DNA of 58,251 nt, counting the filler, from Dugesia japonica (Eukaryota), in the NCBI GenBank assembly GCA_001938525.1. It is 6 parts of 6 records of this genome, joined end to end, with 100 filler letters (N's around TTAATTAATTAA, not from the genome) between each part and the next. Parts side by side here need not be neighbours in the genome. Positions count along the whole stretch, not along the records: positions 46,553 to 58,251 come from MQRL01351269.1; 5 more parts are not named here. One strand, written 5' to 3'. Positions 49,586 through 58,251 of the stretch are shown here, piece by piece (the first letter of the stretch is position 1; every line of letters begins with the position of its first letter). Below the pieces are notes generated by a model that made no database searches, was not told the DNA's origin, and saw only the letters and a list, made by a program, of their open reading frames with translations. Position numbers and translations under genes: made by a program.

Positions 49586-50411
49586 TTATGAGAAATATTT
49601 CTCGTTATATTTATCATAAATTAAATTAGAAATTAATCCCATCATTTTTAATTTTTTACATACTTTTTTAATTTCTTCAGAGAGATTATCATGTCCAGAT
49701 NNTGCTGCTGAAATTAATAATGTTAACTTTTCAAATAAATCTACTGGTCCTAGGGCTTTTCTTTTTTCCACTTTACTTGTTGGTCTACCTCTTTGTTTAG
49801 GTTTTATTTTTTCTCTTAAAAATTCACAGTAATCATCATCCAAAAACTTCTTATTCCAATATCCATTAAAATTTCAAGATAAGCATAACTTTTTCCTTCC
49901 AGTGTAAAATATTTTACATTTCCTCTTTTATAAAAAAATAATTCTTCATCATCAAGAAATTTTATTGTTATGAATTTTTTTTCAGGTTNTCCTTTTAAAC
50001 CAACATTTGTTAAATATATTTTTGGTGTTGTTGATTTTGATAATACACCTTCATTAATTTTTAAATCCTCAATAGTAAATGGAAGTATATCTTCTTTTCT
50101 TAATGTTTCTATTAATTCATTATCTTCATCTACTATTTCTTTATCTATTATTTCTTCATCTTAAATTTTATCTTCTATTAATGAATCTTGTGTTGATTTA
50201 TCATTTAAAATTATTTTTTCTATTATTGGTTCTATCTTTTGAGTTTTACTTTTTTCTATTGCTGTAATTGTTGGTTTTTGTAATATTGATAATTCACTTT
50301 GTAATTCTCTTGACTCAATAAAATTCCCCATAAAAAGTTATTATATTTTTCTTGACCTTTAATTAAAGCTTTTAATTCTCTAATTCTTTCTTCAACTTCT
50401 TTTGTATTCAT
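49586..50411 (-). pseudogene. Conserved Polinton helical protein of unknown function (frameshifted)
   Basis: Starts at a TAATG stop/start overlap (MNTKEVEERIRELKALIK). C-terminus PVDLFEKLTLLISAAXSGHDNLSEEIKKVCKKLKMMGLI resembles the P.EL..RL.LL.AS..AGN....EI..I..EL...G.I motif of invertebrate Mavericks. Confidence 0.65.
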
Positions 50412-50926
50412 TACTGGCTATTTTTATAAGGATTAAAATAAAGTCCATCACCCTTATAAGGATTAAAATAAAGTCCATCGCCTTCAATTTCAATTTTAAC
50501 TCCATCTTTAAATTTTCTAGTTAAATATTTAAGGTTATCATCTTCAATAATATTTTTTAAATATTTATGAATTGCTGAACCTTGATATGGATTTAAAAAA
50601 ATACCTTTTCCTTCTGTTTTAGTTTCACTAGTAGATGTAGATGTTTTAGCTTTTTCTAACATATCGATCTCTTTCTGTTTTTTAATAGCATCTTTTGAAC
50701 TAGCAACGGTACTTGCAATTCCAGATGCAATTCCAGCTGTACCTGCTAACGCTCCAATTATTGCTGGTATTGCAGCAAGAAATGCAAATCCCCCATCAAT
50801 TTCTTTTTTCTTTTTAAGTTCATCTTTTACTTTTTTAGAGATATAATAATTTTTACCATTAATTTTTACAGATTTACATTTTTTTGAATTTACTATTTTT
50901 TCTAATTCTTCTTCTGTTACACTCAT
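50411..50926 (-). CDS. Polinton virion core / membrane-active precursor protein
   Basis: Intact 171-aa ORF. IDGG|F adenain-type site followed by hydrophobic FAFLAAIPAIIGALAGTAGIASGIAS; repeated GKGIFLNPY, GDGLYFNPY, GDGLYFNPY. Confidence 0.75.
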   Translation of the reverse strand: MSVTEEELEKIVNSKKCKSVKINGKNYYISKKVKDELKKKKEIDGGFAFLAAIPAIIGALAGTAGIASGIASTVASSKDAIKKQKEIDMLEKAKTSTSTSETKTEGKGIFLNPYQGSAIHKYLKNIIEDDNLKYLTRKFKDGVKIEIEGDGLYFNPYKGDGLYFNPYKNSQ

Positions 50927-51008
50927 TTCTTAATTATAAAATTTCGAGTAGTAGGCCGCATGGTAAATTATTTCTAGGTATTAAAATTTTTTTTATTTTA
51001 TTTATCAT

Positions 51009-54000
51009 CTAATGATAATAATTACAATTTTCACAATAATATTTATTACCATGTTGCCATGTTGTTGTTCCATTATCTTCTATAATTCTCTTATCATCAT
51101 ATGCCATTAATGCTATTTTATTTTGTTTCACAATTTCAATTTCATGACAATCAGATTTTAATGTATAGTTTGTTCCATAAATTATTTTACTTGGATCATT
51201 TATAACATCATCAAAATCTTTCATTAATAATTTATTATTTTTTTTAACTCCTTTATTTCTTGAATCAAACTTTATACCTTTGTGGTCTTGATAACTATAA
51301 CCATAACTTTTTGCTTTAATAAAGTTGCCTTGAATTTTTTCAGAATCAGGCTTTTCATCCTTTATCTGAAATAAATTATCTCCCAATAAACTTTCTAATT
51401 TTTCTAAATTATCTCTATTTTTTATCTCAACAAAGATACAGTCCGTATCTGTATAATGAATTTTATAATTATCATTTCCAATTAATGGATCCATTTGATT
51501 ATATACAAAATCATACATTACTTTTTTTGCGTGTTCTAAAATAGTAAATCCTATATATGGAAATTTGTTATATTTTAAATTACCTTTTATCATGTTCATT
51601 GCTGCGACATGAGCTTCATTTGAATCATTAATTGTGAAGATTTTACTGGATTTAAAATTTATTTTACTTGCGAACTTTTGATAGTCTTTGTCGCTATCTA
51701 AAATTTCTATTACACCTATTTCTGATATTTTCTAGTGTTTTTCCATAAAATGCATTCAACATTAATTTATAAATGTAATCACCAAAAACATCTTTAATTC
51801 TTTTAGCCTCTTTCTTTAAAGCTACTAATTTATGAACATGATTTTTAAATCATGGAGATGTATTCATTTTAATTTTTTTATGTATTGTTTTTAATTTCAT
51901 CCCTAGTTTTAAATAGAGATCTAATGTACTTCCTAGTGTTATATAATTTTTTTTATCGAATTGATTTAATGTTAATTTAATGCTATCCTTTGACATTTTC
52001 TTGTTAAAACCTTTTTGATAAGGACCTAAAAACTCTTCTGTTATATTTATCCTTTCTGGTGCTAAAGGAAAATATTTTGTTCTATCGTGAATTTGTGGAG
52101 GATAATCAAGATCAACTTCATAAATGTAATTAATTTCATCTGTTGCTGTTTCATATGTTAACTCGTTACACTCGGTCATTTCTCCGGTTGGTAAAGATCT
52201 AGTCATGCAAGAGAATTTTCATCAATATATTTTATAAATACATCATTAAAATAATCATCTGGAATTTCTTCTCCAGAATTCATTATTTTTATTAAATCAT
52301 CAAACTGTGCTTTATTTAATTGTTTGGTATATGGATTTTTATTATTATTCTGACTAAATACTTGACGTTCACCTAACACACTAGAATATCCACCTCTAAT
52401 TCCTTCTTCAATTAATAAGAATGTGTCATAGGTTTCAGATTTTGCATATTTCAATTTTACATTTGCATTTAACATTCCTGTTTCCCATGAATAAATATCC
52501 TGGTGCAGAATATGAATAGCATGGATCCAATTTTAAAATATTATTTATACATGATTCACGAAAGTTTTCTAAAAAGTCTGTTAATATTAAAACATCTAAC
52601 TTCATGTAGTGCATCATGTATTCCCACATATTTTCATAATGATAAAAGTCTTCTAAAAATATTTTATATTCTTCATCAGATATTTCCTGTTGTGAAAGTG
52701 TATTGAAGAAATCTTGTTTTACTGGTATTTTATTTGATTTTAATAATTCTTCAACTTCTTGAATGTTATTACCTTTCACATATTCATATGGAAAGATTGC
52801 TTTTTTTATATTGATAATTATTATTAGATTGTTTTAATAATTTACCGATTACTTCAACAGATGTAAATGGTAATAATCTTGCTGAATCTAAAAGTTTAAT
52901 ATCTCCAAATTGAAAAGAAATGTAATTGTCTGTTGAGTGAGGTATTATCTTTTTAACTTTTCCTGGAAACTTTGTTAATAGTTCCCTGAAAAATAAATGA
53001 TTGTCATAACCTGAAGCGTTATGAAGGTAGAAAGGTATGAATAAATTTTTAATGGAAAGATCATTTATATTACAACGATTACATGACCATCCTCTAAATT
53101 TTCCATTGAAATGATTATGATCTTTTACTGGAGTGCCACATATACTTTTTTCACAATAATAACATTTTGTGTTTGGTGTATATTCTGGAATTTGATTTTG
53201 GGATAAATCTAAGTGATTGTCTATGGCATTCTCTTTTATATCTTCTAATTTATCATATATTCTAAAAAATTAAAGAAATCTCTATAAATATTTTCTCCTT
53301 AAAAATGATAATATTTACTTTTTAATAAATTTTGATAATCCCTTTTGAGATAAATTCCTAATGATAAGGCTTTTTGTTTTTTAGTGATTGTATCTGTGTA
53401 AGCTTCAAAATCTCTAATTAACACAAATGGAATTTTATTTTTCTGGTAAAATTTATTAAAATAATAATAATCATTTTGTTCAAAAATAATATTATTTGGT
53501 TTATGTCTAATACAAGCTTCTTGATGATTTTTTAATAATTGTTCACTTGGATAACAATTCAAACATCGTATACATGGGTGATTTCCATTTGCATTTGTTG
53601 TGAAAAATACAGTTAGATCTCTACATAAAATATAGTGATCTTTATACACTAATAAATTACATTTATTTTCTTCAGGATTTGGTTTTGATATATGATGAGA
53701 ATTGTAAAATGGTTCAAGTGTTTTTCCAGAATTTACTCCAAATACATTTATTTGAAAATTATTTAATTTCTCAAATATATTTTCAAGGAAACTTAAATCC
53801 TTGAAAATTTAATTCTGATAAATGTGGAATGTAATTACTTACCCTTGTTGGATGATCAACTGGATATTTATGTGCTAATATTGAATACAAGAAACATTTA
53901 TTATCTTTATTTTCTATGTTGATTACACCTGGTTTTTTAAAAGATAATTTACAATATGTTGCTCCACTTAATGATTGATATTTAGAAAGATCTAATTTAT

Positions 54001-54730
54001 AATCAATAATGTGTGACATTGTCCATCCAGATCCTTCTCTATCTTCATCTTCAATATATCTTTGTAATTCATTAAATATTTCATTAACACCATTTTCAAT
54101 TTCANNNNNNNNNNNNNNNNNNNNNNNNNNNNNNNNNNNNNNNNNNTCTCTTTCAACATTTACATTATTTATTTCTTTTGTATATCTACATTTAACTATC
54201 ATACTTATAAGAATCTTTTTTCCATATTTAAAATACTTTCTAATAATTTCTTCTACTTCATCTTGAAATAAATTAACTTCTCTAATAGGTTCATATATTT
54301 CATCCACATTTAATTTCATTACTACTTTGCTTTTTTTGAAATATTCAATTTCATATTCTTTATACATTCTTAATAAATCTCTAATTTCTGGTTCGTAATC
54401 AATTGCTTCTTCACCAGGTAATTCTTCAAATAAAACTTTGTTTAACATTTCTTTATGTTTAGGAGAATTATAATGCGCTCTTGCATGATTTTGTTTTTGA
54501 AATCTTTTATTACAAATTAAACAATATAATGGAACAATATTTGGGTTGCCGCATTTTGTTGCATTTAAATGTTCTTGTAAACCATTTTCTGTTCTAAATG
54601 TTCGATGACATTTTACACATTGAACTGGTGTATCATTTGTAAAATAAGTTCTAGATTTAATGTGTCCCATTAGCCAAGCTAAGTTTTTAAATAGCTTTCT
54701 ACAATTAGGACATTTGTGTATACCACTCAT
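51009..54730 (-). pseudogene. Protein-primed DNA polymerase B with N-terminal C2H2-like zinc fingers, OTU-like block and endonuclease VII-like insert
   Basis: EGSGW; NIENKDNKCFLYSILA; exo I DFEA; CYYC..VKDHNHFNGKFRG..CNRCN; exo II HNASGYD; YMKLDVLIL; GIRGG; motif A IDENSL; motif B YKLMLNAFYGKT; motif C YTDTDC; DDKR. Several frameshifts. Confidence 0.95.
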
Positions 54731-54914
54731 CTTTTTTCTATAGTATTAATTTAATCATAGCCATAATAAAAGGGGGTAATCATTTTTTCATCATATTTTT
54801 ATTTTTGTAATTTCATTTTTTCATTATTTTTATACATCTGAAATTTACCTCAAAAGAAAATGTCTTCCTTTAAAAAAAATAATCCCGAAAATAAAATTAG
54901 TATTTTTTTCTCAT

Positions 54915-55100
54915 TTTTATATTTTACATTTTTATCTGACATTTTTATCTGACATCTTACATTTTACATTTTACATTTTTATCTGAAATCTTACATTTAA
55001 CATTTTACATTTTTATCTGACATCTCACCTTTTACATTTTTATCTGACATCTCACATTTTACATTTTTATCTGACATCTGACATCTTAGATTTTACATCT
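54915..55100. repeat. Short tandem repeats (TTTTACA / TTTTTATCTGACATCT) upstream of pPolB, probably subterminal
   Basis: At least 5 ATCTGACAT-containing units interleaved with TTTTACA runs. Confidence 0.8.
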
Positions 55101-55685
55101 TAATAATGGGATTATACATTTCGGGCTTATAGTATTATATTTTTCGGGCTAATATAGGGTACCCCCATGGCTGTAAATCGTATTTTTCATATTACTTATA
55201 TATGTGTGTGTGTGTGTATTTATAAAAATATTTAATATTGATGTAAAAATTATATGGTGATTCTAAATGAATTTAAAATATCATGAAAAACTAATTTAAA
55301 ATTAATTAATAATTAAATAATAATCAAGCTGCCAATATAAAAAATAATCATTTTTGTCTACTCATTTTATAAAGTAATTAAAATATTCTTTAATAAGCAA
55401 AACAATATTTCTCTTAAAAGATAAATTTAGACATTAAATTTTAATCACTAGTCGTTAGTATTTTTCGATTTAATTCAATTTAATTAATTTAATTTATTCA
55501 ATACATAAAATTGATTAATTTTTTTTAACATAATTTTTGAAATTCAATTAATGCTAAAAATTTAATTGAAAAAATCTGATTGTTTTTCAATCATCACATT
55601 TCGATTTACATAAATTTGTTTATAAAATACAATTAAATTAATATATGTTGAAAAAAACTNATTTGTGTAAATATTGTGTAATTAA

Positions 55686-56605
55686 CCCTTTATTGCATTT
55701 GTATAGTGAATTTGCTACACCCGGTATTGTACGTTTAGATCACTTAAATTTAATAAGATTTAACCATTTCATGGTGTTGCCAGTGAGCTACAAGGCTGGC
55801 CAATGGATTTATTTCATAAAATTACCACTAGGTACGCCATATGCGTTAATACATTAACCTAAAACTCATTCGTAGCGGTGCTGTCACTTGGGCGTGTCAG
55901 GACCTGTTGTAATTAGATTTTTCATAGGTTTTCGACAGATTTTGGCCCGAGATAAAATTATTTTGTGATTTATAAATGAGTATTTTTTTACATTTACTTA
56001 ATTAAATGAATAGTGATTGATTTCGTCAATAGAATTGTTTATTTTATATTCGTAGTCAATTTGCTACATCATGTGGGGAGGGCTAAAATATTAAAATTTG
56101 GAGCATTATTTTTAATACATACAAGAAAATACTTCTTTATATTTTCTTTTCCATTTTAGAATGTCATATAAAAAGAAAGTCAGTCATGAGTCCCTAACCG
56201 AAAAGAAGATAAACAAGATAGTGGCGACATTTGGTGATAGTAAGAAGGAGCTGGATGATTCAGATATTGATATTAAGATAGATCGCTTTATTTGGAAACC
56301 TGAAGAATTAGTGAATAACACTGTAGATATAGATTCGAAGAACACCGAAGATCAAAAAGAGCAGCCAATTAGTATCCAATCTATCAAGATGGGATAGATT
56401 AATATTACTTCCAAGAAAGTTGTTCACAGGAATATTTTATGGTCAAAAGGAAATATATTTATCGATGAATGTGATCTAAATTGAAAAGGATCATGAAATC
56501 TGCCTTCATCTATTTTATCGCTGGATACACCATACAACTTTTTTCAATATTTTTTGGACGATGAGTTTCTGCAAATTATTTGTGAGGAAACCAATTGATA
56601 TTGGA
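55686..56605 (+). mobile_element. piggyBac left end and 5' part of transposase (decayed, truncated)
   Basis: TTAA|CCCTTTATTGCAT terminus at 55682-55698; acidic N-terminal ORF 56161-56397; downstream LPSSILSLDTPYNFFQYFLDDEFLQIICEETN*Y matches the PGBD pattern TP..F..F....IV.ETN.Y. Confidence 0.82.
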
Positions 56606-57059
56606 CTCATCTAACAAGTGTCACTTAAAATAGCATACATTTGTATTTTGTGTCATTATTTTCGAATTTTATCAATTTTAATGTATTTTCATTAATCATT
56701 ACATATTTTTCTTGATGCTCCTTTAAAGAAATTTTTTTAGAATAATTATTGTTTAAAAATTATTTTTCATAATTTAATTTTGATTGTGTAAATTTGGTTC
56801 CAGAAGAAGGAATAGCTGAAATACTGAACAAACTATGAAAATGGAAGGCCATCATTTTGATCTTTGTTTTCCAAAATATTCAGTTATTATGGTTAAAATA
56901 ATTTTTTTNNNNNNNNNNNNNNNNNNATATATTTAATCAATCAAATATGCACCATTATGTTCGACTACCTATATCTGAAGAAGCTTCATGAAGCCATACT
57001 CCCAGACATTTTTATCTTTTTAGTCTACATGACTCTGTGGTATTACAATTTTCTCACTT

Positions 57060-57560
57060 AGAGAAATTTACAGATATCTAAATTAATGAAAACCGGAAGG
57101 CGATATGTCGTGGAAATATGGCGGGTGACTTATTCAACAAAACTCAAACATTTTCTAGTGAGTAATCATTATCCTCGTGGAAAGGAATATTCCTTTGATT
57201 TATCAATACAGGTCTCTGCTCGATGATGTCAACTTTTAATAGATAAATTTTGGATTAAAATTTTGTGGAATTCAGAGTATGACGCTGTGAGCAACATATT
57301 ACTTTCTTGGGATATAATCCGACTTTTAAAGTGAAATGTCGAGGCAAATTTATTTTTGCCAAGACGTTTTATGTTAAATACACTCGATATCATAGCTAGC
57401 ATGTCAATAAGTTCGATGGAGTATTGTAAAGCAATATCTAATTCCACGGTACGGGGCGATATCTTTTTAGTATACTTTTGAGAACTGTATATTTTTGGTA
57501 GATGTAAAACATTTGAAACACGCATGCTTAACTTTGAATAAATCAAAACTTCATGGGTGA
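57060..57560 (-). mobile_element. Mariner transposase relic (catalytic region)
   Basis: Minus-strand fragments KVGLYPKKVI (cf. KPGLHPKKVM), IEQRPVLINQRNIPFHEDN (cf. HDNARPH) and PPYFHDISPSGFH (cf. PPYSPDLAPSDYH). Confidence 0.72.
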
Positions 57561-58251
57561 ACTAAATGTTGAAATAATTGTAACCGAATTTAAATTTTTA
57601 TCATCATATTTATATAAATCCGATAACAATGCTTTTTCAAAGATTGAAAATGACACCCGCTCTATATTACAAAATTATTAAGAAAATATATTGCCACATT
57701 TAATGATTATTGAGTTCAAAGGAATAAATTCAGAAAATTACTTGGATTATTTTAGACTTATTGTCCGTAAAATAACCAATTGAAATTCGAAATTGCTCTA
57801 TGTATTTATTGTATAACAATTAATATTATTTTTAAGTCATGTCCATTGTCTGTTGATAAACTTTGTTATCAAACAAAGAATAGAATACCAGAAAATGTTT
57901 TCAAAAATAAACCACACTTGGTGACTCATCATTCATAAATATTTTAAATTTTATTTTAGCTACTTATAATTTATAATTAGTTAATAAGCGACCAATAATT
58001 CGCCATGATTTAGTGCGCCTCTATCTACTTATATTATTTACTATGTATTGTTGATTATTAAATAAAAACTTCTTTAAAGTTTATATCAATGTAGAAATTA
58101 TACTTTATTTCGTTTTGTAACATTTATTGAATTGAATCTACTTTTCTATTTCATTAACAAAAGTGCAATTAAAAAATTTAACAAGTTTTATATATTTTGA
58201 GAAAAATTGGCCTGCGAGTATTTCCATTTTAAAAATCACTGTTCAAATACA

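Larger units (their letters stand above)
46553..55165 (-). mobile_element. Polinton/Maverick (adintovirus-like endogenous DNA virus), partial and decayed
   Basis: Co-oriented, tightly packed pPolB, core protein, conserved helical protein, penton, adenain protease and fibre-like gene; cut by the linker on the left. Major capsid, packaging ATPase and integrase were not seen in the window. Confidence 0.93.

Overview
Very AT-rich, repeat-dense animal DNA from a draft assembly. It is probably an invertebrate, judging by candidate 45-46-nt introns and a dunce/PDE4-type exon. Five identical 100-nt spacers (44N-TTAATTAATTAA-44N) cut the window into six 8-12 kb segments whose adjacency is probably artificial. 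The only clear host-gene sequence is one 123-nt exon of a PDE4/dunce cAMP phosphodiesterase (18191-18313). Almost everything else recognisable is mobile DNA. (i) A decayed Ty3/Gypsy element (about 27.1-37.8 kb) has a tRNA-Pro PBS, a three-knuckle Gag, RNase H-integrase and an env-like tail, but no protease or RT core; about 2.6 kb of unknown in-frame coding sequence sits in their place. Its LTR carries two coiled-coil ORFs behind phase-1 splice acceptors that match a phase-1 ATG mini-exon in the leader, a layout like complex-retrovirus accessory genes. (ii) A Polinton/Maverick (adintovirus-like) element on the minus strand (46.55-55.1 kb) encodes a zinc-finger-fused pPolB, a core protein, a penton, an adenain protease and a fibre-like gene, and has two copies of a hairpin-motif-hairpin intergenic cassette. 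(iii) A second, unrelated pPolB relic is interrupted by a hAT MITE. (iv) Penelope-type repeats carry minimal hammerhead ribozymes. (v) There are also relics of DD41D Tc1/mariner, mariner, MULE, piggyBac and a NeSL/Utopia-like LINE. All calls come from reading and hand-translating the sequence; no database searches were run, and the boundaries of decayed elements are approximate.
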